In this document: piece after piece, positions 1 through 10,180 of the stretch
How the letters are laid out: every line of letters begins with the position of its first letter
Position numbering within the stretch: position 1 is the stretch's first letter
IMG/VR virus record: IMGVR_UViG_3300024507_000487
DNA length: 64,000 nt
Reading direction: 5' to 3' (one strand)
Source: an uncultured virus (IMG/VR IMGVR_UViG_3300024507_000487)
Lineage: Duplodnaviria > Heunggongvirae > Uroviricota > Caudoviricetes
The notes under the pieces: generated by a model
What the model was told of the DNA's origin: nothing
Seen by the model: only the letters and a program-made list of their open reading frames with translations
Databases searched by the model: none
Translations under genes and position numbers: made by a program

Positions 1-84
1 AATACTTTAACTTCTTTTGAGGACTCTTTTAGTTATACTACTGGTAGATATTCAGCTACAGCAAAATACATAGTAGCAACATAG
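1..84 (+). CDS. 3' end of an upstream gene (partial), probably structural
   Basis: Frame 1 is open (NTLTSFEDSFSYTTGRYSATAKYIVAT) to TAG at 82-84; the stop overlaps the AGGAG SD of the next gene. Confidence 0.6.
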   Translation, partial: NTLTSFEDSFSYTTGRYSATAKYIVAT

Positions 85-94
85 GAGTATTAAA

Positions 95-3000
95 TTGTCT
101 GGATCTATTCAATTTGGTGGTTATTCAGTAACTAGCATAAAATCTGATTGTGGTTGGGGATCTCAAGAATCTTCAATGACATTTGGACTTGTCGCAGATC
201 CAGGCAACATACCTTTAGGTATTACTCCAGATGCAGCGCCTAATTTAAGTAATATACTTGGAACGCCAGGTGTGTTTGCATTAGATACTGGATTTTCTTT
301 TCAAGGTATTTTAGAAAGCTTTTCAGAAAATGGCAGTCAAAGTGGTTTTCCACTATTTGATGCAAAAATAGTAGATCCAAGATTTTTGTTAGCAAACTAT
401 ACAATTATTTGCAAAGATTATCCTGGCCCTGTTAGTGCGCCAAATGTTTTAAATGCTTATGGCGGTTTAGGATTTACAGATTCTAAAATGACAGCTAATG
501 GAATGTATTTTGATGTCGTTAGATTAGCCATTGAAAGATTTACAAATAATCCAGCTTCTGGGTCATCTATGTATGGTGGCCCTATGACATTTAATGGAAT
601 AAGATATGCGGTTGATTTAAGTCAAATTCCATTTTTTACTGGTATAACTATACCAGATTTTAAAACAGATTTGTTGTCAATGATATCTAGCGTATGTTCA
701 CAGTTAGCGCTAGATTACTTCGTAGAATTAAATGGGTTTGTTATTACAGTCCGTGTTGTATCAACATACAATCAATTTCCAGTAACTGCACTACAAGACT
801 TGGTAGCAAATGGACTTGGTAATAATGTTTCAAGTTATAACAGAGGTGTTAGTTTAGCAAAAGAAAACACAACATCAAGTATGTTAGTTGGACCTAATAT
901 AGAACAAATATATTTAACTAATAATGGTTCTAGATATTACGGAAAAGATTTTAATGGCAATCCTATATTTGGACAGCCAGCATTAGTAACCTTAGTAAAA
1001 AGATCGTTGAATGGCGCATCATTACCAAGCAATGAAGAAGAAGACGCTGCTGGATGGCAAGGTGACGATCAATTTAAATACTATAAAGTATATACTGACA
1101 TTGTTCCTGTTTTAATCAAGAATAATAAATTGGCATATCTATTAGGAACTACTGTATTAGTTTCAATGCTTTTTGAATTAGAATTAGCTCATGAGTGTAA
1201 AATTGGAGGAGATGGAGGAAATGATGAAAGTTTTCAAGATTATTTAAAAAGATTTAGATATGATTTGCATTTAGCTTTAGGTGGTCCGGCTGGAACAAGT
1301 AAGCCAAATTTGTTTAGAGATAGTGGTTTTGGAGAAACATTACAAGATGAAAGGGCTGGCATACAAGGAATAGATGAATATAGTGAAAATGTTCAATTAT
1401 TAATGGATGCCTTAAATGAAACATATTCAGATATGGGTTTTGCATTTTCTATTGGTGATCAAATCTATGTTCGTAATGAAGGTGATAAATATCAATTTAG
1501 TCGTGAATTAACTCAATCGGCTTGGTTTAAAGAATTTGAAGATGGCCAAGTACAATTCGGAGATGGTTATAATATAACAAAATTAATAAATGCTAGCGAT
1601 TTAAGATTTAAGCCATTTTTAATATCAGAAAAAGAAGTTACTGGCTCTATATCGTCAAATTTGGGCGGATATGTAGTTCCTGTTGAAAGCTCCGCCGAAA
1701 TGGTTCTTGCAGTACCAGGAAATCAAGGTAATCAAGGGATACCATATACTAACTCTCCGGCTTTTGTAACTAATGATTTAGCAATTTATTCATACGGAAT
1801 GCAATTTGATAAATATCCATATCCAATATGGAATACTTTAATGGCTGTTTTAAAATCTGAAACAATGGATGCTGGACTAAAAACGGTTAGAATAAAAACA
1901 GGAACAGGGCAGAAAAAAACAGGCGGAAGATTTATTGATGTTCCAAATAATCCAATAGCTGCTGGAATACCAGTAAGAGATAAGCTTTTAAGTTATGGTC
2001 CTTGGGGTGTAATTGGTCGTGCCGGAAAAACAGAAGTTGAATTAGAACCTAGTTTAACACCTTGGAATTGGGGCAGCACCGCATTAATGGATGCTTATGG
2101 CAAACAAAAAGTAGCAAGCAATTTAAGTTTTCTACAATATAACGAAGAAGGTGATTTAACTGTAACTGGATTACCGAATACTGAGTTTGGAAATATAATG
2201 CAAATGGTTGGCGTTTCTTTAAGTTCTATCAATATAAATATTGATTCTAAGTCAGGATTTCAAACCACATATCGTTTTAGAAGATTTTCGCCAAAGTTTG
2301 GTACATTAAATCAAACAAGAATTAATCAGTTAAAAACATTTAGCGATGGGTTAAAAGATGTTAGATCAAGAGTTATAGAAACAGCGTCATCTACAGACTA
2401 CTCTCTTGCAGAACTTGGTTTATCAGCTAGGGCTGGTCGTGATGCTTTAGTAAGAGCGAAAAAAAGAGTTAAAAGTGGAAAATTAGGTAAAAACAAAAAC
2501 AGTCCTCATATTTATTTTATGTCTACTACTGATGCTTCGATAACAGATAATGATAACCAAGTTATAGCTAATAATATATATACTGGAGATCAAGAAGACA
2601 TAGCAAGATTTTGTACTGGTTTTTTAACAACAGATGTTCAAAATATGGCAGCTATGTCTTTAGATGGTCTTATTAGGCCATTTTTAAATTTCTATGGAGC
2701 TTATGGAGAAGTTCCTGGTCCGCTTGAAAATTTAAAAGTTTATTTACCAGTTCTTACAAACCCAGAAAATGAAACAGCTTTATTAAATTCGGTAAATCTT
2801 AATCCATTTAATGTTTTTAATGATGTTCAAAGTATATACGCAGCATCATTTTTGACTGGTCAAAATCAATTGGCAGAAACAACGGATGTTGAAAATGTAA
2901 AACCATTTGCTTTGCGTGGCCCATTAATGGTTTCTGGATGGGGTTTTGATAGATATACTTTACAAGCAGTACCAAAAGTTGGTGAAGATAGAATAAGTGA

Positions 3001-3547
3001 ACCTTATCCAGATAGTAATGATAATAAAGAATCTACTGTTCAACAAAATAATTCATTTAAAACTGGTCCAGTAGATTTAGTTTGGGATGAAGCTAGAGGT
3101 GTTTGGACTAATAATAGTATAGCCACATTTTATATAGATCCAGAAGATGATCCTATTAAAGCTGGGGAGTTTGGGTCTGGATATATTTATATAAATGACT
3201 TGCAAAGTTTAGTAACTAAAGGAAACGAGTATGTTAAAGTAAGAATATTTAATGGATCTGGAAGAGAATGGAATGACAGAACTGATAATTCAATTAATAA
3301 TGTTATAGGATTATTTGACGCTAATTTAAATACATGGTTTGGTTTACCTATAGATATAGATCCTAGCGGTAAAACAGAAGATGTTCCTTATGTGCATAGT
3401 GTATCTTGTAGTGGAAATAGTTTAGTTATAGAGAAAAAAGTTATGAAATTTAAAAATGGAATTTTAAAAGAAGTTGTAGATAGTGGAAGCGGGGCAGGAA
3501 CAAGCACGACTACTTTATCTCCAACTACTACAACGCCGAGTTTTTAA
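95..3547 (+). CDS. Large putative virion/tail protein (1150 aa)
   Basis: TTG start after AGGAG; Gly/Ser/Asn-rich beta-type composition; Thr-rich C-terminus (STTTLSPTTTTP); no enzyme motifs; co-oriented with other structural-looking genes. Confidence 0.55.
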   Translation: MSGSIQFGGYSVTSIKSDCGWGSQESSMTFGLVADPGNIPLGITPDAAPNLSNILGTPGVFALDTGFSFQGILESFSENGSQSGFPLFDAKIVDPRFLLANYTIICKDYPGPVSAPNVLNAYGGLGFTDSKMTANGMYFDVVRLAIERFTNNPASGSSMYGGPMTFNGIRYAVDLSQIPFFTGITIPDFKTDLLSMISSVCSQLALDYFVELNGFVITVRVVSTYNQFPVTALQDLVANGLGNNVSSYNRGVSLAKENTTSSMLVGPNIEQIYLTNNGSRYYGKDFNGNPIFGQPALVTLVKRSLNGASLPSNEEEDAAGWQGDDQFKYYKVYTDIVPVLIKNNKLAYLLGTTVLVSMLFELELAHECKIGGDGGNDESFQDYLKRFRYDLHLALGGPAGTSKPNLFRDSGFGETLQDERAGIQGIDEYSENVQLLMDALNETYSDMGFAFSIGDQIYVRNEGDKYQFSRELTQSAWFKEFEDGQVQFGDGYNITKLINASDLRFKPFLISEKEVTGSISSNLGGYVVPVESSAEMVLAVPGNQGNQGIPYTNSPAFVTNDLAIYSYGMQFDKYPYPIWNTLMAVLKSETMDAGLKTVRIKTGTGQKKTGGRFIDVPNNPIAAGIPVRDKLLSYGPWGVIGRAGKTEVELEPSLTPWNWGSTALMDAYGKQKVASNLSFLQYNEEGDLTVTGLPNTEFGNIMQMVGVSLSSININIDSKSGFQTTYRFRRFSPKFGTLNQTRINQLKTFSDGLKDVRSRVIETASSTDYSLAELGLSARAGRDALVRAKKRVKSGKLGKNKNSPHIYFMSTTDASITDNDNQVIANNIYTGDQEDIARFCTGFLTTDVQNMAAMSLDGLIRPFLNFYGAYGEVPGPLENLKVYLPVLTNPENETALLNSVNLNPFNVFNDVQSIYAASFLTGQNQLAETTDVENVKPFALRGPLMVSGWGFDRYTLQAVPKVGEDRISEPYPDSNDNKESTVQQNNSFKTGPVDLVWDEARGVWTNNSIATFYIDPEDDPIKAGEFGSGYIYINDLQSLVTKGNEYVKVRIFNGSGREWNDRTDNSINNVIGLFDANLNTWFGLPIDIDPSGKTEDVPYVHSVSCSGNSLVIEKKVMKFKNGILKEVVDSGSGAGTSTTTLSPTTTTPSF

Positions 3548-3549
3548 TA

Positions 3550-4704
3550 ATGTCAATAGAAATAATTGACGGATGTGGTTGTTGCGGTCCTACTACAGCA
3601 AGAATTACATTTTGTGATTTAAAATTACTTTTTTTAAATTTATATAATAAATCTGTTACAGTAGCAACAAACAGAAATCTTATAGCAAAAAATTTAAAAT
3701 TAGAAATAATTATTATAATAGATAACACAGGAAGTATTAGTTATTCTCAATGGCAACCAAATGCTATAAATTTATTTAAAGGTTTTATTTACAATTTAAA
3801 TCTTTTAAGTAATGTAAAAGTTGTACAAATAAATAATTATGTAAATAATATGGAAGATTGGATTTATGATTCATATAGAGAAATACAAAATTCTAATAAC
3901 GAAATTATTATAGTAATAAATACTATGGATAGTTCTGTTCATTATAATTCACTATATAACTATTCAATACCAATTATTGGAACAGATAGAGAATTGCCAA
4001 GTGGAATAACAAGCAAAAGTCATTTGCAATTATATGAATATGATGTTGGATTATTCAATCAATTGGTTCAAAGTTCAAGCTTAACTAAAATAATAGAAAT
4101 TGGAGATATAATTGGAAAAGGTGGAAGTTATCAACAAAATCCATATTTTAAACAAGTAAAAAATGAAATTTCTAATTTATTTCCGATTAATTCGGATGGA
4201 AGTGAAGCCCCAATTGTTTTAGGAGGAATAACTAATTGCGAAAATCCAAGTTCTCTTATTGCAATAGGAAAATCTGTAGGTAAAGGTCTTAGTTGTCTTT
4301 GTGGTCCTCCATCTAAAACATTTTATAAGAGTTTTCCATATTTAATTTCTCAAACATTTAGAATAAAAATTGATTTTACAACTTGGGATAATTTATTTCA
4401 TAAAAATGCATATTATGAAGCAAATTTTGGATTTAGTGAAAACATAGCATTAGATTGGCAAGTATCATATAGTGGAACTCAAGGAAATCCTTGGTTAATA
4501 ACTAATAACGGAAAAACTATTAAATTTACAATAGAAGATTCATATAATTGTGGTGGAACTAATAATTTAGTTCAATCAGGAAAAGCAGAATGTATAGTGT
4601 CATTAAATAATGCTGTTACAATGACATTTGATTTTGATGGCATAGTAGAACATCAAGCAGATGGTTATGAACAGATAAAATTTTATTTAGATGAGTTTAT
4701 ATAA
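3550..4704 (+). CDS. Putative virion/tail-associated protein with a vWA-like DxxGS motif
   Basis: N-terminal GCGCCG; IIIIIDNTGSIS resembles the start of a vWA MIDAS motif; starts 2 nt after the upstream stop. Confidence 0.45.
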   Translation: MSIEIIDGCGCCGPTTARITFCDLKLLFLNLYNKSVTVATNRNLIAKNLKLEIIIIIDNTGSISYSQWQPNAINLFKGFIYNLNLLSNVKVVQINNYVNNMEDWIYDSYREIQNSNNEIIIVINTMDSSVHYNSLYNYSIPIIGTDRELPSGITSKSHLQLYEYDVGLFNQLVQSSSLTKIIEIGDIIGKGGSYQQNPYFKQVKNEISNLFPINSDGSEAPIVLGGITNCENPSSLIAIGKSVGKGLSCLCGPPSKTFYKSFPYLISQTFRIKIDFTTWDNLFHKNAYYEANFGFSENIALDWQVSYSGTQGNPWLITNNGKTIKFTIEDSYNCGGTNNLVQSGKAECIVSLNNAVTMTFDFDGIVEHQADGYEQIKFYLDEFI

Positions 4705-5518
4705 AATGTTAACTATCGGTCTTCCTACATATAAAGACTTTGATGGCTGTTACTTCACGACACAGGCGCTGCGTCTATATCATGATATGGATAATTGCGA
4801 AATACTTGTAATAGATACAGAAGAAAAAGGTTGTAAAGATTTAAAAACATTATGCGAAAATACAGGAAGTAAATATTTTCATGAGCCATCAGCTGCTCAT
4901 ACTCCATCAGAAGCTAAAAATTTTGTTTTTGAAAGAGCGACTAAAGATTATGTACTATGTATAGATTCTCATATATTGCTTCCACAGAATGTTATTAGAA
5001 ATTTAAAAGACTATATAGCAATACATAATCCAGAAAAGGATTTATTACAAGGGCCTTTACTCTACGATGATCTACAAAATATAGCCACACATTTTAAACC
5101 AGAGTGGTCTGGACATATGTATGGTGTTTGGGGAACAGATCCAAAAGTATATGCCGGATATCCATTTGACATACCAATGCAAGGAATGGGTCTTTTTTGC
5201 ATGAAAAAGGCTAATTGGCCTTGGTTTAATAGGAAGTTTAAAGGGTTTGGTGGCGAAGAGGGTTATATACAGGAAAAAGTTCGTCAAAAAGGTGGAAAAA
5301 CGCTTTGTTTGCCATTTTTAAAATGGGTACATAGATTTGCTCGCCCAAATGGAGTACCATATAAATTAAGTATAATTGATAGAATAGCTAACTATTTAAT
5401 AGGTTGGCATGAGCTAGGATTAAATTATAATGAAGTAACAGAACATTTTTCAAAACATGTACAAACTCATGAGCTTTTAGAGGCTATTCATAGGTTTGAA
5501 GTATCAAAAATGGTGTAA
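4691..5518 (+). CDS. Glycosyltransferase family 2 (GT-A fold)
   Basis: LTIGLPTY, EILVID, AKNFVFERA, VLCIDSH (DxD-like) and FKGFGGEE motifs. Confidence 0.85.
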   Translation: MSLYKMLTIGLPTYKDFDGCYFTTQALRLYHDMDNCEILVIDTEEKGCKDLKTLCENTGSKYFHEPSAAHTPSEAKNFVFERATKDYVLCIDSHILLPQNVIRNLKDYIAIHNPEKDLLQGPLLYDDLQNIATHFKPEWSGHMYGVWGTDPKVYAGYPFDIPMQGMGLFCMKKANWPWFNRKFKGFGGEEGYIQEKVRQKGGKTLCLPFLKWVHRFARPNGVPYKLSIIDRIANYLIGWHELGLNYNEVTEHFSKHVQTHELLEAIHRFEVSKMV

Positions 5519-5547
5519 TTATTATTGAATAATAGGAGAAAATACAA

Positions 5548-6207
5548 ATGTCTACCCCAAGTATAGCGTTCTATATTAATCCAAACACAATAGTAAATGG
5601 CGAATTTTCTATTAATGCTGTTTCTGGAAGCGGTCTTGGTTTTTATGGCAACGGATTTGGAACATCTGTACAAGTAAACAATTTTCAAGAAAGAACATTT
5701 TTAACTAATAGTTCTGGTGTTTCGCAAGGACCAGAAGCGAGAAATGTAAAATATATCGCTGCTGCTTCTGCCATACTAGGTCAAGAAACTCCAGGTAGTT
5801 CAACTCCAATAAATGTGACTGGAATACCAAACTACTTATCAACTTTAAATATTAGGTTTACTCATCCAACAACTCAAGTTAGAACTCAAAATGCTAAAAT
5901 GATTATTTATGATCGTAGTAGCATAGCTAATAAAGCTAGCGGTGTTAGTACATATGCTTATGAAGTTATTCATCCAGATCCATCACAGTCTGTTGCTGGC
6001 TCTGGTTCTGGATCTTGGACAAATGTTACGGAAACAGGAACATTTCTAACACTAAGAAATAGTCCTGGTACAAGCGGATTAAATGCCGTTGGAAATACTA
6101 CTGGATCTGGATTAAGACATGATTGGTATGTTGCTCTTAGCGCATCGCCAACAGGAATTGGATCTAAGACTCAGTACGGGCTTTATGTAAGCCTTGAGTA
6201 TCTCTAA
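5548..6207 (+). CDS. Putative virion structural protein
   Basis: AGGAG SD; Gly/Ser/Thr-rich; C-terminal HDWYVALSASP...LYVSLEYL beta strands. Confidence 0.5.
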   Translation: MSTPSIAFYINPNTIVNGEFSINAVSGSGLGFYGNGFGTSVQVNNFQERTFLTNSSGVSQGPEARNVKYIAAASAILGQETPGSSTPINVTGIPNYLSTLNIRFTHPTTQVRTQNAKMIIYDRSSIANKASGVSTYAYEVIHPDPSQSVAGSGSGSWTNVTETGTFLTLRNSPGTSGLNAVGNTTGSGLRHDWYVALSASPTGIGSKTQYGLYVSLEYL

Positions 6208-6368
6208 TACGACTCTTTAGTTCTTCTTCAAAAAGCATTTTCATATCAGATGAGAAGGGGAGATCGGTTTTATTAAACCATTCAATCTCCCCTCTTAAAT
6301 CATCTACAGTCATAGCCTTTAGCTTTTCTGCTATGTAGCTATTTGTAAGCAAAATAGTTGATATAAAA

Positions 6369-6740
6369 TCAGTCTTCTTTTGCTTCGCCACGATATTTCG
6401 ACCATCCATTGTGTGGTCCATATTGTCCATTTTCACGATCTGGTTTTCCGTTTTCATCAAGCCTTCTAACAGGAAATAGTCCGCCACCATCTTGTCGCTG
6501 TCCAAAGCTTAATCTAGCCCTACACTTTGGATTATTACATACAAATTCAAAATATTCGTATGTCTTTTTATTCTTTTCAACATTCCTTGTACTTGGTCTA
6601 ATATCAGTTCCGCCACAACAACCACATTTTGACTCATTGAAAATTTCATGGACATTTGCCATTTCTCGGAAGATATCTTTTACGCTATCTCCGTCAATTT
6701 CAATTGTGCCAAAATGCACTTTTACATTAGCCTTCATCAT
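6369..6740 (-). CDS. Zn-finger hypothetical protein
   Basis: CGCCG...CNNPKC; coupled to the upstream SSAP-like gene. Confidence 0.6.
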   Translation of the reverse strand: MMKANVKVHFGTIEIDGDSVKDIFREMANVHEIFNESKCGCCGGTDIRPSTRNVEKNKKTYEYFEFVCNNPKCRARLSFGQRQDGGGLFPVRRLDENGKPDRENGQYGPHNGWSKYRGEAKED

Positions 6741-7399
6741 TTTCTCCAGTCTTGTTCAAAACCCTTGAACTTGGGGGAGATAGAAGCATTATTCCTTTGC
6801 ATTTCGCTTAAGTGTGCAATAACAGTAACTGCACTCTTATAAGGAATGTCTTCTAATCGTCCAGTAAATTTAAAGTCTTTTGCAGCAGAAAGATACTTAG
6901 TAATATTAATATCATTCCTCTGACAAAGTACCTCAATAAATTTTATCTGAGTTTGAGTTATTTTTCCATCAGAAAGTGCATCTTCATGTGGAACGGCGAC
7001 AGCTTCTTCAGCAGCAATAACTTTTCTCAATCTCAATGCTTTTCTTAGCACACGACCTTCAGCCCTTGTTTCTGCAACAGCTGTAGCAAATACTGCAAAC
7101 CTAGCATCACAATTACTTGCGCTACAATCAGCAGCAGCTTCATAAGACAGAATGTCTTGCTCTGGGTCATTATCTGGAAGAATGTCTATCCTATACTTTA
7201 GAACACAACAATAACCATTAGACATAGTTGGACATTGAACAATATCAACATGAGTCTTATTTATCTTGCCAAGAACTAACTCTGTAACACGCCTTAGTCC
7301 ATCTACAGTAGGATTGCCATCTACCAATTCTTCATTAGTGAACAAAGAAAGCACATAGTCATTCCATTCGGGCGAATTAAAACTTGGTTTATCAGACAT
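6737..7399 (-). CDS. Rad52/Sak-like single-strand annealing protein
   Basis: AAADC...AVAETRAEGRVLRKALRL resembles the Rad52/22-type SSAP signature helix. Confidence 0.55.
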   Translation of the reverse strand: MSDKPSFNSPEWNDYVLSLFTNEELVDGNPTVDGLRRVTELVLGKINKTHVDIVQCPTMSNGYCCVLKYRIDILPDNDPEQDILSYEAAADCSASNCDARFAVFATAVAETRAEGRVLRKALRLRKVIAAEEAVAVPHEDALSDGKITQTQIKFIEVLCQRNDINITKYLSAAKDFKFTGRLEDIPYKSAVTVIAHLSEMQRNNASISPKFKGFEQDWRK

Positions 7400-8166
7400 T
7401 AAAACTCCTCAGTATAAATTTCAAAATAATTTTCTTTGCTGTCTTTTAAAGATTGTATCGTCTGATCTATCTTGGTCAAGGTTTTTTTCATGCGAATATC
7501 AGAATCATCACCTTTAGTAATAACTCTAATCAAAGCAAAACCATTAGATAATAATAAACCTGTTTTTTTATTATCGCTTTTCTGTCTCTTTGCAAGACTG
7601 TCTTTTCCCCATATTGGCTTAAAGTGTGTTGGGCCATCAACTTCAATAGCTATGCCTTTTAGATTTTTTGTTGACAATGATATAAATAAATCAATATGTT
7701 GTTTTTCGGCAAATAAATAGTGCATAGATACTGAATATCCCATGCCCATTAACCCATTCATTAAATATTTTTCCAGACGACTTCCTTCTATACTAGCTCT
7801 TCTTAAAGCTAAAGCGCTTTCATATCTTAACTCTTCAATCTTAGAATCTGACATTGCTTCCCAATTTTTTCTTGATACATCAGATCGTCTTTTTCTTTCT
7901 TTGGAGGGCATATTTTTCCAATTGTTTAACATAGACTCGCCTATTTTATCTTTAGTTTCTTGCTTAACCTTTTTACCTTTTGTTGGATGTTTAGCTACTC
8001 CAGTTTCTAAAGCTTTTGACTGAGCTTCAGAATGATCTCTTATTTCAATTCCGTTTTTAATTAATTCACGCCTTATCTTATTTGGATAAGTTTTAAACTT
8101 TTTAGCTATTTCATATGTAGACATGTTTTCATTTAAATAACAATTAATTACTTTTTGTATGTCCAT
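7399..8166 (-). CDS. Putative homing endonuclease (HTH + NUMOD3-like repeats + Vsr/DUF559 PD-(D/E)XK domain)
   Basis: MSTYEIAKKFKTYPNKIRREL HTH; KGKKVKQETKDKIGES; HIDL...IAIEVDGPTHF...DNKKT. Confidence 0.7.
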   Translation of the reverse strand: MDIQKVINCYLNENMSTYEIAKKFKTYPNKIRRELIKNGIEIRDHSEAQSKALETGVAKHPTKGKKVKQETKDKIGESMLNNWKNMPSKERKRRSDVSRKNWEAMSDSKIEELRYESALALRRASIEGSRLEKYLMNGLMGMGYSVSMHYLFAEKQHIDLFISLSTKNLKGIAIEVDGPTHFKPIWGKDSLAKRQKSDNKKTGLLLSNGFALIRVITKGDDSDIRMKKTLTKIDQTIQSLKDSKENYFEIYTEEF

Positions 8167-8611
8167 AGTACAACCTGTAAATCTTGTTAAGGTCTATTTC
8201 TGGTATTACTGCACACGGTTCTCTGTTCCAACATTTTTTAAAAATATCTGCGTGTTCATCATTTTCTACAATTATTTTTAATTGTTCATTTCTATATATT
8301 TTTTCAAAATCGTTATACTTAAAGTCATTTTTAAAATACCATTCTAAATCGTATAAATATAAATATTTTTCTGATTTTGAACCATTTTTTAAAATACTTT
8401 CAGCTGTTTTTATATTTGTAGAAACCAATGGAGAACTAACAAAATAAAATGAATCTTCAATAGAAAATGTTGGCATATTGTAATTTAGTAAAGATTTGCC
8501 TTTGTTTTCGCAGAAAAGCAGTACATCTCCTATAAAATATCGAGTATTTTCAAATATGGTATGTATTAGTTGCGAGTTACAATCGCTATTAACAGCAAAT
8601 CCGATTCTCAT
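8144..8611 (-). CDS. Hypothetical protein, possible GT-B N-terminal-like domain
   Basis: STNIKTAE...YLYDLEW pattern; lies in the glycosylation cluster. Confidence 0.45.
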   Translation of the reverse strand: MRIGFAVNSDCNSQLIHTIFENTRYFIGDVLLFCENKGKSLLNYNMPTFSIEDSFYFVSSPLVSTNIKTAESILKNGSKSEKYLYLYDLEWYFKNDFKYNDFEKIYRNEQLKIIVENDEHADIFKKCWNREPCAVIPEIDLNKIYRLYYGHTKSN

Positions 8612-9498
8612 AAAATTATTTGGCTCCCATTAAAATCAAATTTAAAATTTATAGCTTCAAAATCTTTTAGTAATTTTAAGTTTGTATTTTCTGCATCTTC
8701 TTTTGAATATATAATTCCATAACATAAGTTATCACTTAAATCAAATGATTCAAGTTTAGAAAACATGCATTTATTAATAAACTCGATTGAGTTTTGACCA
8801 GTACATTTTAAATGTTTTATCTTAAAATTGTTTTTTACAATGTTTAAAAATCTATCAATATTAAATGACAAAAGGCTTTCTAAACCATCTTCTGCATATC
8901 TTAATATTGTCCATTTTTCTTTTTCGTTTAGTTCTATATTGTCTTGATTGTTTTCAGTTAACAAATAAATAAATATTCTTTTTTGTAAAAAATGTATTTG
9001 TTCATTTGTTATTTTTAAAGGACTGTATGAAATATCATTGTTTTTATTTAATTTTGCAAAAGAAATTCCGCCGAAACAAGAAGCATATATTTTTGAATAT
9101 GAACACTTATCTTTAAAAAGAGTCATTGCTATTTCTTGCGAAAAACTAATTAATTTAACATTGCTGCAATATATAGACTTTAAACTAAAAATGCTTTTAA
9201 CTAAACCAAAAATCAAAGCATATTTATGTTCGTTGTTATCAGGAAGATCAGAAAAGAAATCTATTTTTATATCAGAACAATTTATTTTATTTTTTTCAAA
9301 GTGCTTAAATACTAATTCAACAATTTCATTATCTACAGTTTCTTTTTTTTCAAATTTATTTTTTATTCTAGCTATTACATAAACATATTTATTTATACAA
9401 AAATTTAATATTAAACCATAGTTTTGTGAGAACCATGATACTAAATCAGTTCCGTTTCCAAGCAACGAAAATGAAATAGGCGTTTTAGTTATTATCAT
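8608..9498 (-). CDS. GHMP sugar-kinase (HddA-like) homologue, probably inactive
   Basis: N-terminus MIITKTPISFSLLGNGTDL...INKYVYV and C-terminus FKFDFNGSQI match the HddA family; PxGxGLGSS and GAGGGG motifs are absent. Confidence 0.7.
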   Translation of the reverse strand: MIITKTPISFSLLGNGTDLVSWFSQNYGLILNFCINKYVYVIARIKNKFEKKETVDNEIVELVFKHFEKNKINCSDIKIDFFSDLPDNNEHKYALIFGLVKSIFSLKSIYCSNVKLISFSQEIAMTLFKDKCSYSKIYASCFGGISFAKLNKNNDISYSPLKITNEQIHFLQKRIFIYLLTENNQDNIELNEKEKWTILRYAEDGLESLLSFNIDRFLNIVKNNFKIKHLKCTGQNSIEFINKCMFSKLESFDLSDNLCYGIIYSKEDAENTNLKLLKDFEAINFKFDFNGSQIIL

Positions 9499-10180
9499 AA
9501 ATATTACTTGATATTTCTATTTTTTCTTTTAATGTTTCAAATTTTTCTTTGTGAATAGTAGGTTCCTCATCGCAGACTTTATCTAATGAACAAAATGCAT
9601 AATTATCGCTTACAAAGCTATAATCATTAGTCCAATAGTTGTCTTTTTTTACAGATCCAAAAATAGGTCTTTTGTATTTAAGATAGTCTTTTGTTTGTAT
9701 GGGATTAGATTTATATGTATCTAATATTTCTTTTGGAAAGAATATTCCATGTAAATCAATTTTATCTTCTAAGGCAGGATCAATTCCATAAACATCAATC
9801 AAATTCCATTTAGACGATTGATTTTCATATAAAATTTCTAATGTATTTTGTATTGGTATAGTAGATCCAGATATTTTTATTATTTTATCAAAAACACAAT
9901 TTTCAAAACCTATTTTTTCTGAATAAGAATGAAAATTATATAGTTTATTAAAATTGTTTTTTTCTAAAGATTGATAGTGCGGTCTTACTATCTTCCAGAA
10001 ATAATTAATTCTAAAAGCTTGAACTTCTTCAAAAATATCACATGTATTATCGTCTACTATTACAACTTCAAAGCTCTCATTTTTTTCTAAAAGTTTTTTA
10101 GTAAATCTGGCTATGTGATAAAGAGATCTTTTTAAATTTTTTTTACTATTGTCTGGTATTAGCAAAAAAGAAGTTGTCAT
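9485..10180 (-). CDS. Divergent GT2-like protein
   Basis: FEVVIVDDN motif; remainder degenerate. Confidence 0.45.
   Translation of the reverse strand: MTTSFLLIPDNSKKNLKRSLYHIARFTKKLLEKNESFEVVIVDDNTCDIFEEVQAFRINYFWKIVRPHYQSLEKNNFNKLYNFHSYSEKIGFENCVFDKIIKISGSTIPIQNTLEILYENQSSKWNLIDVYGIDPALEDKIDLHGIFFPKEILDTYKSNPIQTKDYLKYKRPIFGSVKKDNYWTNDYSFVSDNYAFCSLDKVCDEEPTIHKEKFETLKEKIEISSNIYDNN

Noticed and set aside
6164..6505. 113-aa minus-strand ORF
   Set aside because: Overlaps two better-supported genes; at most the last ~49 codons could be real
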